DNA from: an uncultured virus (IMG/VR IMGVR_UViG_3300034122_000710)
Lineage: Duplodnaviria; Heunggongvirae; Uroviricota; Caudoviricetes
Length of the DNA: 64,000 bases
Reading direction: 5' to 3' (one strand)
IMG/VR virus record: IMGVR_UViG_3300034122_000710
Shown here: one piece after another, positions 17,886 through 27,124 of the stretch
Position numbering within the stretch: the stretch's first letter is position 1
How the letters are laid out: the number at the start of each line of letters is the position of its first letter
Program-made: the position numbers and the translations under genes
Notes under the pieces: generated by a model
What the model was told of the DNA's origin: nothing
Seen by the model: the letters and a program-made list of their open reading frames with translations, nothing else
The model's database searches: none

Positions 17886-18494
17886 TCAGGCAACGCCAGT
17901 TGCATTCGTGTACGAATGCTGGCCGATGTTGAACTTCACCAACACATCGGTCTTGGCATCACCAACAGTCGAGAACGGACCGTTGACAAAACCGACCAGA
18001 CGGAAACCCGCAGTGAGGGCTTGCGTCGTGGCGCTAAGGGCCGACAGCGAATTGCCCGTGGTGGTGGAGCCACCCGTGCCTGCCGTACCGCTCTGAGCAG
18101 CGGCGAAGAGCATGTTTTGACCCAGTTGAGTCTGCGTCACAGGGCCATCGGCCTGGGCTTGGAACACGGCGCGGTCATCATCGATGACGTACGCAACAGC
18201 GTTCAGCGAACCCGAGGGATAGTACTGCGAGAAGACCGTCTGGCCTTGCGCGTTGACGTACGAGCAGCCCACGAAGACACCGATGGTGCCAGCGGGGAAT
18301 GCGTCGCCGGTGCCACCAGTCTCAGTCACGAGGCGGATGTAACCGTCAGTGTGGATTTTCACCACTTGGCCGTAGAAGAGGTTGCTCGAATAGCCGGCGG
18401 GGTCAATCAGAAACTGACGCGTTTCGCCTGCGTACGGCAGACCGTCAACTCGGTTTACAGCCCGTAGGCCGTAGGGAGCAGCAGTAGATGCCAT
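17886..18494 (-). CDS. Capsid-associated (decoration/cement) protein
   Basis: APYGLR...IGVFVGCSY...AYVIDD..AVFQAQ; directly upstream of MCP. Confidence 0.7.
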   Translation of the reverse strand: MASTAAPYGLRAVNRVDGLPYAGETRQFLIDPAGYSSNLFYGQVVKIHTDGYIRLVTETGGTGDAFPAGTIGVFVGCSYVNAQGQTVFSQYYPSGSLNAVAYVIDDDRAVFQAQADGPVTQTQLGQNMLFAAAQSGTAGTGGSTTTGNSLSALSATTQALTAGFRLVGFVNGPFSTVGDAKTDVLVKFNIGQHSYTNATGVA

Positions 18495-18509
18495 TTAAGG
18501 ACTCCTAAG

Positions 18510-18968
18510 TTACTTTGAACCAGAACCGAATCCACCTCCGCGCGTCGTGCTGGACTTGCGGTCCGAGAACAACGGCATCCGTGGATCATTGTTTCGCATG
18601 AAGTGGTTGTCCACTGAATCCATCTGAGCTTGTGCTTGACGACCGTAGTAATCATCCCGTGAGCGTGCAAGTTCAGCGGGCATCTTGCAAAGCATGAGGC
18701 CACCAATCTCCACGTTCCCGGTCTTCTCGTTTCCGGCCAGCATAAGTTCAGGATGGTCAACCGCCTTTACCGGCTCCCAACCCTCACGCATCTTTTTGGA
18801 TACGTTGGTGGGGTCGGCCTGTCCCAGGACGTGCGTCGCAATCCAGCGAAACACAACGCCCGGCTCAGGTGTCGGATCAGGCAGTGCACTCGAAGGTGTA
18901 TACACCATACGAGCAGTTTTTTCGCGTGACTGCATGTCACGGGGGATACGGTTTTGAGTTTCAGCCAT
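18510..18968 (-). CDS. Conserved head-module protein
   Basis: LPDP.PEPG..FRWI...NVSKKMREGWEPV...GGLMLCKMP. Confidence 0.75.
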   Translation of the reverse strand: MAETQNRIPRDMQSREKTARMVYTPSSALPDPTPEPGVVFRWIATHVLGQADPTNVSKKMREGWEPVKAVDHPELMLAGNEKTGNVEIGGLMLCKMPAELARSRDDYYGRQAQAQMDSVDNHFMRNNDPRMPLFSDRKSSTTRGGGFGSGSK

Positions 18969-19917
18969 TTTGGTTCTCCAGTTTTGCCACTTGAGCAGCG
19001 TATTGCTGCGGGGTCAGGCCCAGTTTCTTCGCCAACGCAACTTGCGTCTGAGTCAGTCGAATTTTTCCGGCACTCGTCGTACGAGTGGCGGGAGCCACGA
19101 CCGTTGTGGGTTTCTTTTGAACCTCACCCGTTCTCGGCCTGTCTTCGTTACCACCGAATAACTCGGGGAACTTCGACTTCATGCGACCATCGATCTGGTC
19201 GAAATACTCATCGGAGCGGGGATCAGTACCCCCGGTGACTAGCTTTTGATGCAGCCCTAGTGCATAGCTGGTGTATTCCTCAAACCCCGGTTGCCCGAAC
19301 CACTGGTTTTTTGCCTGCCAGCGCAGGGATTTCTCGTCGGGTTGAACCTGAGTTTGCGGTTGTTGTTGAGTTTGTACCGGAATTTCCGTGGCTTGTAAAG
19401 CCTGCGGACGGAATCTTTTTGCTTCCTCAACACGGTATTTGGCCTCGGCCAAGGCTTCCTGCGCGGCAATGATGGCGTCAGTGTCAAAAGACTCCTGGGC
19501 CTCCTTTAGTTTGCGGCGAGCCATTTCTAGATCACCTTCCGCTTCCTTACGGGCGGTGTGAACCAGAACCTCTTGGCCCTCGTTATAGCTGCGTTTGAGC
19601 CTGTTGTTCTCGTCGATCAACTGCTGTGCAAGACGCTCAAGCTCGGCTTTCTCCCGGGCTACAGCCTCTTTCTGACGGCGTTCGTCGTGACGTGCGTGGG
19701 TCAACTCCTTGATCCGTGACTGCACGTTGGCCGAGTAGGACTCGATCTCGTCGTCGGTCGGGTCAGCAACCTCCCTGTCCAGAGGCTTGCGACCTCTGTC
19801 TCTCTCGGGAGTGTCGTCTACGACCTCAATCTCGACATCGGTTTCACCCGAAGTCTCGACTTTGACCTCGTTCTCCTGCTCGTCAGGGAACTTGTACTCT
19901 TCCTTATCAATCGCCAT
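18961..19917 (-). CDS. Putative scaffolding protein
   Basis: Acidic N-terminus, long coiled coil, C-terminal LT..QVALAKKLGLTP.QYA. Confidence 0.75.
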   Translation of the reverse strand: MAIDKEEYKFPDEQENEVKVETSGETDVEIEVVDDTPERDRGRKPLDREVADPTDDEIESYSANVQSRIKELTHARHDERRQKEAVAREKAELERLAQQLIDENNRLKRSYNEGQEVLVHTARKEAEGDLEMARRKLKEAQESFDTDAIIAAQEALAEAKYRVEEAKRFRPQALQATEIPVQTQQQPQTQVQPDEKSLRWQAKNQWFGQPGFEEYTSYALGLHQKLVTGGTDPRSDEYFDQIDGRMKSKFPELFGGNEDRPRTGEVQKKPTTVVAPATRTTSAGKIRLTQTQVALAKKLGLTPQQYAAQVAKLENQNG

Positions 19918-19928
19918 CTTTCACTCCT

Positions 19929-20369
19929 TCAAGCGCGGGTGAGTCCGCGAGGGTCTTGCACAACAGCATCGACCTGATCGTCATTGATCAGACGAAACTC
20001 CTTACCAAAAATCTTGAACCGGGTACCCGAGTAGGTACGCACCAGCACAAAATCTCCGGGTTTACACCAAGCTCCCGTGGGGAAACGCTCGGGGTCTTTG
20101 TAGGCCGAAGGGCCTTGTTTGAGCACGAACAGCACCGTAGTGGCGTGTTCTTCCTGCTTCATGTACGTGTCGGCCTTGATCAGACTGGAGTTCTCGAACG
20201 TGTCTGAAACGTCCGGCACGATGCACAGCAGTTTGTGTCCCGCAGGCTCGGGAAGGGCTGTGGCCTTCTCTTCAGGAGCGATGTTCTCGTCCTGCTCTTC
20301 CTTGGGCTGAATGGTCTTGGGCAGGCTGATGCCTGGGGGGAGGATGATTCCCGCTTCACTCGTCTGCAT
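19929..20369 (-). CDS. groES: GroES-like co-chaperonin
   Basis: P.G.KLL...VL..GP.AY......WCK.GDFVL...YSGTRFKI.G.EFRLINDD.V.AVV. Confidence 0.8.
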   Translation of the reverse strand: MQTSEAGIILPPGISLPKTIQPKEEQDENIAPEEKATALPEPAGHKLLCIVPDVSDTFENSSLIKADTYMKQEEHATTVLFVLKQGPSAYKDPERFPTGAWCKPGDFVLVRTYSGTRFKIFGKEFRLINDDQVDAVVQDPRGLTRA

Positions 20370-20550
20370 CTTCAACTTTCTTTGCAAGGTCAAGTACGTA
20401 ACGCTCTGCCATCGCCAGACCTTGAATGACGCCGCAGAGCTTCTGGTATTCCTCAAAAGTGCGACACGAACCCCCCGCCAAGTCATCGGCGTAGTTGTTC
20501 ATATCGGTGCGTATTTGTTCGCGCAATACGCGTGCGAAGTCTTGAATCAC
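20356..20550 (-). CDS. Small conserved protein after portal
   Basis: LAGG....EEY.KLCG.IQGL motif; overlaps both neighbours. Confidence 0.75.
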   Translation of the reverse strand: MIQDFARVLREQIRTDMNNYADDLAGGSCRTFEEYQKLCGVIQGLAMAERYVLDLAKKVEDADE

Positions 20551-23036
20551 TTAGTGCTTGACCCTTTCTGCCGCTGTGCGGCTTCTTGTGTTTTGGCCCG
20601 TGCAATGTCGATGCCCATGCGGACACCCTCACGCTCTTGTTGCGCCACGAGCAGCGCCTTGTCCTTCTCGATGTCAGCCTGCGTCTTCATGGCGCGAAGC
20701 TCCAAGTCACCCTTGACGCGCTCCGTCTCAAGCTCCAACTTGTCAGACTGCGCAGTGATGTCGGCCATGAGCTTCTGTGCTTTGAGCTTGGCCTCCTCCT
20801 GCTTGATCTGCAACTCCTGAGCACGAAGCTGCAACTCTTGCTGCTGCATCTGAATGACCGGGTCTTGCGCCTGCTGCTGAGCCTGCATCTGCGCGGCTTG
20901 CTGCTGACCCTGCTGCACCACCTGGGCTGCGGCCTGCGCCATCATCGAAGACAGCGCGATCTCCATCTGCGGCGGGAGCTTCTCGTCCTCGGGGGGCAGC
21001 GGCATGCCCAACTGCGCCTCGATCTGCTTGCGCATCTTGTAGCCGATGTGCTCCGCGATGTGTGCTTGCAGCGATGCGGCCAACTGCTGCGCCTGCGGGT
21101 TCTGACCCAACTGCGCGGCGATCAGCGGGTCTTGCATCATCATGTTGTGCACGGCGATGTGAGCGTCGTGGTCTTGGTGCAAGAACGCCTTGACCGGCTT
21201 CATCTTGAGGATGTTCTGGTTCTCCGTGACCGGGTCAATCGGCTTCTGATCGTCCTCAAGCGGGATGATCTTCTCAGCGTTCTTGATACCCAGCACCTCA
21301 AGCATGCCCCGATGAAGCTCAGGCAGGTTGTAAATCTGCGGGGCCATCTGCGCCATCTGGATGGCAGCTTGGAACTGAACAACGCGCTGCGACATCGTGG
21401 CAGCGTTGGGATCACTGACGGGGATGACATCTACGAGGTCATAGTCAGACTGCTTTGCGCGCTTGTTGCCGTACTCGGGATCGTAGGTGTAGTCCGGGTC
21501 CGTGTAGTCGCGGATGAGCGACTTGAGGAGTTTTAACTCCTGCTTGAGCGAGAAGTGTGTGCGGGCCTGGACTGCTGTGAGGACTTTGAGTTGGCGTTCG
21601 AGAAGGGCGAGGGTTGTACCCACCGGAGCCTGCGCCGACATGTCGGCCACCTTCATGTCTGCGGTGGCAGCGAAGCGACGCCCTTCCTCAACAATATTTC
21701 CCAACAACTGGTACAGAACGCCGGACGGCTCCTTGTACGGCAGCGGCAGGATGCTGTCGCGGATGTTGCCACTAGCGACGTCCACATCGCGGAACTCGCC
21801 AGGGGCGATAGGGGTGTCGTCTCCCTTGATGCGCAGTCCGCGTGACTTCAAACCCCCCGGCAAATTACTCAGAGTACCTGCATCCACCAGTTGTCTCATC
21901 AGAGACGTTGCGGACTTAGCGAACCCGCCAATCAGATGGAACAAGCCAAAGCCATACGCCCCAAATCCGGGGACGTACTGGTAGTGCACAAAGTGTTGGC
22001 GCTTGAGCTTGAGGGGGTCGTCCTCACTCCAATTTCTCCTTATTGCCAGCACGTCGTTCGTGCCCTTGATCATCGTCACTACGTACGGCAGCGCGATCTC
22101 GGAGTCTTCTCCTTCGCCGTAGGTGTCTTTCTTGATGTTCAGGTCTACGTGAATTTCGTAGAGCGTGAAGCGGTCGTCGTTGAGGTCGTTGAACCCAGTT
22201 TCTTTGTCCTTGGCCTTCTGAATGTCGGTCTTGTTCTTGTCCGGCTCACCAAGCTCGACGTCCCGATAAAAGCCCGCTGCCTGCAGCTTGAGGATGTCGT
22301 TCTTGGTTTTCCGCATGACGTGCGTCAGGCGGTAGCAGGTGTCCATGTCGGTCGTGCCGTACGGCAGGATGATGTCCTCTGCAGGCACGAACATGGAGAC
22401 TTGCCGACCCAGGTTGGGGTCGTAGTAGACCTTCTTGAACGCCGAGCCGGTGGCAGGCAGGCTCCACAGCAGGCGCTCGTGCTCGGGCCGGAACTCCTTC
22501 ATCACTTCCGTGAGTTCGTAGTTCATGTCGTCCTGCACACGGATGGCGGCTTCCTTCACATCGGGCGTGTCTTTGCCAATGATCTTGGTCTTCACTGGCC
22601 CCGCTGCGGGGAACGTCTCGGTAATCATCTCGGACTGGAACTTGACCACGGCCTCCGTGATCATCGGGTGGAATACGCCGCATGCGCCGTTCCAAGGCTC
22701 CGTCCTCTCTTCGATCTGCAAGCCCAGCAGCTTCAGGCCATCGACGTACGCCTTCTCCCACTCCTTGCGGGAACCCACGTCTTGGGTGATGTCGCCGGAG
22801 AGATCAGAGCCCAAGCCTTCGACGAACGAAGCGTCAAGCTCTTCTGCCAAGTTGGCATCAAACCCGCCGCCTTCTGTCTCCTCGTCGCCTGGGCGCAGGC
22901 TAATCTCTAGCCCATCGATGCCGATGTTGACCTCTTCGGGATCAATGATCTCGATCTCAATGGGCGCTTCTTCAGCGGCCATCTCTTCCAGACCCACGGG
23001 CGCGCCGTACAGCGCTTTGTCGATGTTCGTTGCCAT
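20547..23036 (-). CDS. Portal protein
   Basis: 829 aa after terL; GSAFKKVYYD, YGFGL.HLIG, LRQLVDAGTLSNLP; Q-rich coiled C-terminus. Confidence 0.9.
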   Translation of the reverse strand: MATNIDKALYGAPVGLEEMAAEEAPIEIEIIDPEEVNIGIDGLEISLRPGDEETEGGGFDANLAEELDASFVEGLGSDLSGDITQDVGSRKEWEKAYVDGLKLLGLQIEERTEPWNGACGVFHPMITEAVVKFQSEMITETFPAAGPVKTKIIGKDTPDVKEAAIRVQDDMNYELTEVMKEFRPEHERLLWSLPATGSAFKKVYYDPNLGRQVSMFVPAEDIILPYGTTDMDTCYRLTHVMRKTKNDILKLQAAGFYRDVELGEPDKNKTDIQKAKDKETGFNDLNDDRFTLYEIHVDLNIKKDTYGEGEDSEIALPYVVTMIKGTNDVLAIRRNWSEDDPLKLKRQHFVHYQYVPGFGAYGFGLFHLIGGFAKSATSLMRQLVDAGTLSNLPGGLKSRGLRIKGDDTPIAPGEFRDVDVASGNIRDSILPLPYKEPSGVLYQLLGNIVEEGRRFAATADMKVADMSAQAPVGTTLALLERQLKVLTAVQARTHFSLKQELKLLKSLIRDYTDPDYTYDPEYGNKRAKQSDYDLVDVIPVSDPNAATMSQRVVQFQAAIQMAQMAPQIYNLPELHRGMLEVLGIKNAEKIIPLEDDQKPIDPVTENQNILKMKPVKAFLHQDHDAHIAVHNMMMQDPLIAAQLGQNPQAQQLAASLQAHIAEHIGYKMRKQIEAQLGMPLPPEDEKLPPQMEIALSSMMAQAAAQVVQQGQQQAAQMQAQQQAQDPVIQMQQQELQLRAQELQIKQEEAKLKAQKLMADITAQSDKLELETERVKGDLELRAMKTQADIEKDKALLVAQQEREGVRMGIDIARAKTQEAAQRQKGSSTK

Positions 23037-23052
23037 GTCTGGCCTTTCCTAA

Positions 23053-24591
23053 TCAGTAGTACGCCGCCTTGCGTGGCGTGAAGTAGCCCTGCTCGGCTTC
23101 ATCAGACTCAAGGCTGATGAAGCCCCCTTGACGGAAGCGCAGGAGCGCCTGGGTCGTAGTGTCCACGAAGTCGTCGTTCTCGCCTACAGGGAACGCCGCC
23201 ATCTCCTCGATGACCTCCCGCGCCCAGCGCGTGTCGGGCGCCCAGACTTTCCCCGAGAAGAACAAGTCCGCCACTGCGTTCATACGCACCACCTTGTCGT
23301 TGCCACGCGACGGTGTGTACTCAGCCACGGGGATGCCCATGTTTCTGAGTTCGTAGATCAGCGGGGCACCCGCTGCCTTCTTTTCCACGATGAACGCGTC
23401 TGGCTCCCACTCTTTGTAGTGCTTGAACGCGACTTGCTTGAGTTCCGGGAACGCCATCCGATCCTTAAACGCGTCCAGCAGAATCAACTGCGGGGCGTCG
23501 CCCTCTTCCTCGTTATAGAACACGCCCCACGTTGTGCAGGCGCTGAAGTCGGAAGTGGTCTTTGTCTCGAACGCCGTGTCCCAAGACTGGATCACGTACT
23601 CGCACCGGGGCGGATCGTCCTTTGGCCACATGCGCCAGTGATGGCGCCCCACGATGGCAGAGGAGTCTGCCGTGGGCTGCTGCATGTACTGCGCGTTCCA
23701 GAACCTGGGGTCGAGGTTGGCCTTTTTAGACTTGAGTTGGTCCAGTGGCCACTGCTCTGGCCACAGAGACTTTTCGTTGTCGGTGTTTTCGTTCAAGATC
23801 GCGGGTAGCTCCACGATCTCCCACTGGTCGGCGTCGGGGTTTTTGGTCTGGTAGTCGATTAGACGCCCGGTGAGGTCAAGAAGTGACCACCTCGTCATGA
23901 TGACGATGATGGCGCCCCCGGGCATCAAGCGCTGCAAAGGGCCAGTTTGGAACCAGTTCCACGCCGTGTCGAAGGCGAGGCGGCTGTTGATCTTTACGTC
24001 TTGCTCAGAGTGAGGATCGTCAATAACGAACAGATCAGCACCGCGACCAGCCAGAGCACCACCGACACCAGCAGCGTAATACTGGCCTCCTCGGGACGTA
24101 GACCACTTGCCTGCCGCTTTTTGGTCTTCGGCAATGATGGTTTCGGGGTACAACTCGGCGTACTCATCGGAATGGATCAGGTTTCTGATGCGGCGTCCGA
24201 AGTCCTCCGACAGGCCCGCTGTGTGCGTGCCCATGATGATCTTCTTCTCAGGGAAGCGTCCCAAGAAGTATGCGGGGAAGAGGTAGCTAGAGAATTCGGA
24301 CTTACCCATACGCGGGGCGATGTTGATGATCACCCGCTTTTTGGCCCCAGAGAGCACGTCTTCAAAGATTTTGGCGAGTTTGCGGTGGTGCGGACCCACC
24401 TTGAACCCCGGATAGACGTGTTTTGCGAACCCAATGAGGTTGGTTTTGGCCAACTGGCGGGACATCCGGCGCTCTTTTTCCTCCAACGCCTCGAAAAGCT
24501 CCATCTTTTCTTGGAGCGATAGCGTCGGCAGCGCCGCTTGAATGGCGCTGAGTTCCCGTGGGGTCAGGCTAGTCAGATTTTGCAGGTTCAT
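23053..24591 (-). CDS. terL: Terminase large subunit
   Basis: INIAPRMGKS (Walker A), FVIDDPH (Walker B), IMTRW, SWDTA, DDFVDTTTQAL nuclease motifs. Confidence 0.95.
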   Translation of the reverse strand: MNLQNLTSLTPRELSAIQAALPTLSLQEKMELFEALEEKERRMSRQLAKTNLIGFAKHVYPGFKVGPHHRKLAKIFEDVLSGAKKRVIINIAPRMGKSEFSSYLFPAYFLGRFPEKKIIMGTHTAGLSEDFGRRIRNLIHSDEYAELYPETIIAEDQKAAGKWSTSRGGQYYAAGVGGALAGRGADLFVIDDPHSEQDVKINSRLAFDTAWNWFQTGPLQRLMPGGAIIVIMTRWSLLDLTGRLIDYQTKNPDADQWEIVELPAILNENTDNEKSLWPEQWPLDQLKSKKANLDPRFWNAQYMQQPTADSSAIVGRHHWRMWPKDDPPRCEYVIQSWDTAFETKTTSDFSACTTWGVFYNEEEGDAPQLILLDAFKDRMAFPELKQVAFKHYKEWEPDAFIVEKKAAGAPLIYELRNMGIPVAEYTPSRGNDKVVRMNAVADLFFSGKVWAPDTRWAREVIEEMAAFPVGENDDFVDTTTQALLRFRQGGFISLESDEAEQGYFTPRKAAYY

Positions 24592-25168
24592 CCGGGGTTT
24601 CCGGGCTGTTTTCTTCTGTGCTTGCCACGTCGATCACGTCGGTTACCTGCATGAAGCGGTTGATCTTCTCCTTGATCTTGGCTTCGATCTCGGCGTCAGT
24701 CAGATCAGTCTTCTTAACCTCCACCCGCTCCGTGAACAGCGCCACTTCCGTCACCCGCCCGAGCATGTCGAGCGCCTTCAACCGGATTTTTGCGTCGGGG
24801 TGCTTGGTTTCCTCAAGGATTTGGCTCACGGCGTAGCCGCGAAGCTCCTTGGCCTGCTGCACAAACTCCCAGTCATAGGCGGTGAGCATGCCGGTGAGGT
24901 GCCTGACCGCTGCCGGAGTCTTTATTTGAACGAGCGCCTTGCGCTGCTCTTCCGGGGTTTGGGTCGTGAGGGATTGAAATGCTTGTTGGGCGGCAGCAGT
25001 GGCTGCTGCGGCCTGGGCCTGATCCGTGGTGGGCGCGCCCACTTCCTCCAACCACTGCGCCGTATTTAGCTGAGCGGCGACTATGTCCTCCGGCGAAGCG
25101 TCCGCAAGCGGTTTGACGCTCTGCGGGGTGGCCGGGGGTGGAGTGAAGTCAATCAAATGTTCAAGCAT
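24569..25168 (-). CDS. terS: Terminase small subunit (putative)
   Basis: Directly upstream of terL; RLKALDMLG..V.LFTERVE motif; ATG at 25168 preferred over the longer ORF call. Confidence 0.7.
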   Translation of the reverse strand: MLEHLIDFTPPPATPQSVKPLADASPEDIVAAQLNTAQWLEEVGAPTTDQAQAAAATAAAQQAFQSLTTQTPEEQRKALVQIKTPAAVRHLTGMLTAYDWEFVQQAKELRGYAVSQILEETKHPDAKIRLKALDMLGRVTEVALFTERVEVKKTDLTDAEIEAKIKEKINRFMQVTDVIDVASTEENSPETPDEPAKSD

Positions 25169-25239
25169 TTCAAGCGGGGCTTGTGACCGAATAGCGCGGA
25201 GTGTATATTCGCAACCGGCATGTACGCAAGTTGGTTCAT
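25153..25239 (-). CDS. Possible 28-aa upstream peptide (MNQLAYMPVANIHSALFGHKPRLKCLNI)
   Basis: Exact AGGAGAAAGC motif immediately before ATG; stop lies inside the first codons of terS. Confidence 0.3.
   Translation of the reverse strand: MNQLAYMPVANIHSALFGHKPRLKCLNI
25200..25229 (-). promoter_or_regulatory. Possible late promoter for terS
   Basis: TTGCGT-18 nt-TACACT on minus strand. Confidence 0.35.
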
Positions 25240-25272
25240 GCTTTCTCCTCTCTGTTGCAGGTTGCAACGTTC

Positions 25273-25302
25273 GCCCCGGCTGCAAAGCGCGGGGCTTTTT
25301 TT
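25273..25302 (+). terminator. Intrinsic terminator (plus strand) at arm boundary
   Basis: GCCCCG...CGGGGC stem followed by T7. Confidence 0.7.
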
Positions 25303-25312
25303 CGCCGGTGTG

Positions 25313-25328
25313 TGTCAAAGGTTGGACT
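25313..25328. promoter_or_regulatory. TGTCYA-N4-TRGACA-type box (degenerate)
   Basis: TGTCAA-AGGT-TGGACT next to ACTATAGT. Confidence 0.45.
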
Positions 25329-25619
25329 ATAGTTATTGGGATTTTTTTGGGGTATAGGGGGGTATTTATTTTGGAAATATATGGGGGTGGGGGGGTTATT
25401 TTGGCGGGCTTGAGGTGGAGTTTTTGGAAAATGCGGGGTGTGGTTGGGGATTAGTGTTCATGTCGGGCTGTCCCTGTCGCTGCAATATCGGGGGGTGGGG
25501 GGTAGGTGGGGGTCGAAATACCCCGAAATCGAGTATCCGGCCCGACCCCGCTTAGGGGGGTTGACCCCTTATATGAAGGGGCTCGATTCACAGGGATCGA
25601 GCTAGACCTTCGCAAACCC

Positions 25620-25639
25620 ATTGCGACATTTGTCGCAAT
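25620..25639. repeat. Palindrome A, copy 1
   Basis: ATTGCGACA-TT-TGTCGCAAT, just upstream of the first early RBS. Confidence 0.9.
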
Positions 25640-25656
25640 CACCCAGGAGAGAAACC

Positions 25657-26082
25657 ATGAGCACCAAGACAATCACCACGATCATCACCGAAGCACTCGA
25701 CTCGGTGCATGCCTACGATGCGGCCATCAGTCAGGCCAGGGAACTGCTCAAGGGCAAGGATCGGGACACCATCAAGGTCACGCTGCTGCCCATCGTGGCC
25801 GCGTACCCCAAGTACGCTGTGCCCATCGTGGACGGCGAAGGCAAGGCCAAGGGCAAGAAGGTGATGGACGGCAAGCATGCCAAGTACAAGACGGCAAGCA
25901 AGGCCCTGGAGCGACTCATCGACGACATCATGGGCAAGGCCGCAAACAAGGGCGAGCAGTACGAAATCCCCGAGGAGCTTCTCGCTGCTGCGGTGACCCT
26001 GGTCAAGCGCGCCCGTGGCTACGACGAGAAGGTCATGCGCACCCTGGCCGCTCAAGCCCTGGCCCATGCATGGACGCTGTGA
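25657..26082 (+). CDS. First early-arm hypothetical protein (141 aa)
   Basis: AGGAG RBS, strongly biased codons; stop codon overlaps palindrome A copy 2. Confidence 0.8.
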   Translation: MSTKTITTIITEALDSVHAYDAAISQARELLKGKDRDTIKVTLLPIVAAYPKYAVPIVDGEGKAKGKKVMDGKHAKYKTASKALERLIDDIMGKAANKGEQYEIPEELLAAAVTLVKRARGYDEKVMRTLAAQALAHAWTL

Positions 26083-26102
26083 TTGCGACAAATGTCGCAA
26101 TC
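26081..26102. repeat. Palindrome A, copy 2
   Basis: GATTGCGACA-AA-TGTCGCAATC. Confidence 0.9.
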
Positions 26103-26186
26103 GAATTTCCCGGCGCAACCCCGAACGCGAGGGGGGTTGCGTTATTCCACCTGTTTCCTCGCCACTTTTGACACGGAGCCTGAACC

Positions 26187-26525
26187 ATGCAAACCATCCA
26201 CCTCGAACAACGCCTGAGCCACCGCTATGTGGACACCTACGACCACCTCGACGAGTGGCAGGACATCGGCACAGCCAAGCTCACCCCACCCAAGCTCGTG
26301 CGTGAAGGCAACAGCTACGACGAGGGCGGAACATACCTGCGGTGGGCAACCATCCCCAGGGGACAGAACCTCAAGCTATCCGCCGCCGCCCTGGCCGACT
26401 CGCTGACCCGCGTGGGATGCCACCACGAGTGGGACTGCTGTGGCTGTGAGTCTGTCCGCACCCGTGTGCTGCACCGCAAGGGGCGGCGCTTCGTTCTCGA
26501 AACCACCGTTGGATACAACTACTGA
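26187..26525 (+). CDS. Hypothetical protein with CxHEWDCCGC motif
   Basis: GGAG RBS; Cys/His cluster. Confidence 0.75.
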   Translation: MQTIHLEQRLSHRYVDTYDHLDEWQDIGTAKLTPPKLVREGNSYDEGGTYLRWATIPRGQNLKLSAAALADSLTRVGCHHEWDCCGCESVRTRVLHRKGRRFVLETTVGYNY

Positions 26526-26535
26526 GGAGTGAACC

Positions 26536-26712
26536 ATGCCCCACATCAACCGCCACCAACAGCGTGCCCTGCCCCTGCGCGGGCACCCAAACCCCAAGGC
26601 CCAGGAAGACCTGCGCCGCATACGCGAGCGCCTGATCAGGGAAATAGAAGAGAAAGAAGGCAAGGAGGAGATCAAGTACTGGGAGCGCAGGACTTGGCTG
26701 CGCACCCCTTGA
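26536..26712 (+). CDS. Small charged hypothetical protein (58 aa, MPHINRHQQR...)
   Basis: GAGGAG RBS; below ORF-track cutoff; TGA overlaps palindrome A copy 3. Confidence 0.7.
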   Translation: MPHINRHQQRALPLRGHPNPKAQEDLRRIRERLIREIEEKEGKEEIKYWERRTWLRTP

Positions 26713-26732
26713 TTGCGACATTTGTCGCAATC
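26711..26732. repeat. Palindrome A, copy 3
   Basis: GATTGCGACA-TT-TGTCGCAATC. Confidence 0.9.
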
Positions 26733-26812
26733 GCCGCCGCCTTTGTCGCCCGGCCCAGGGTCGGGCGACATTTTGTAAGGTTCTTGGTAGCAACCACCCT
26801 TTTCACCCATGC

Positions 26813-27060
26813 TGGACACGCGTTGGGTAGCGTAAGTGCTTGATTCCACACGGTGTCCTCTCTCTACTACATCTATATCTATATCTATTTATGTATGTAG
26901 TAGTAGTAGTATTTTTGTGTGTGTGTGGGGCTTTCCTTTTTCCTCAGCCTCAGCCTTTTTCTTTTAGGTGCACTGGGCTTCAAAAAAACCATGCCATTTG
27001 ATTCAGTCCCGCAACTAGACATAGGAAGATCAAGAACTTATGCTACCCAAGACCTGTCCA
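26813..27060. other. Candidate replication origin / nucleoprotein site: 32-bp inverted repeat around AT-rich microsatellite core
   Basis: Arms 26813-26844 and 27029-27060 match at 27/32, each with an IHF-like ATCAA-N4-TTA; core has ATCTAT, TAG and GT repeats. Confidence 0.55.
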
Positions 27061-27124
27061 CCACCCCGTAAACGATGGACGCAACCGGCCAATCCTGGCC
27101 ACTTTTCAACCGAAGGAGCCCTTC

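Noticed and set aside
24569..25318. 249-aa extended terS from the ORF track
   Set aside because: The extension crosses a terminator and regulatory boxes and looks non-coding; ATG at 25168 is preferred.
25561..25600. Early promoter starting at TTGACC
   Set aside because: No convincing -10 hexamer at 16-18 nt spacing, so not called.
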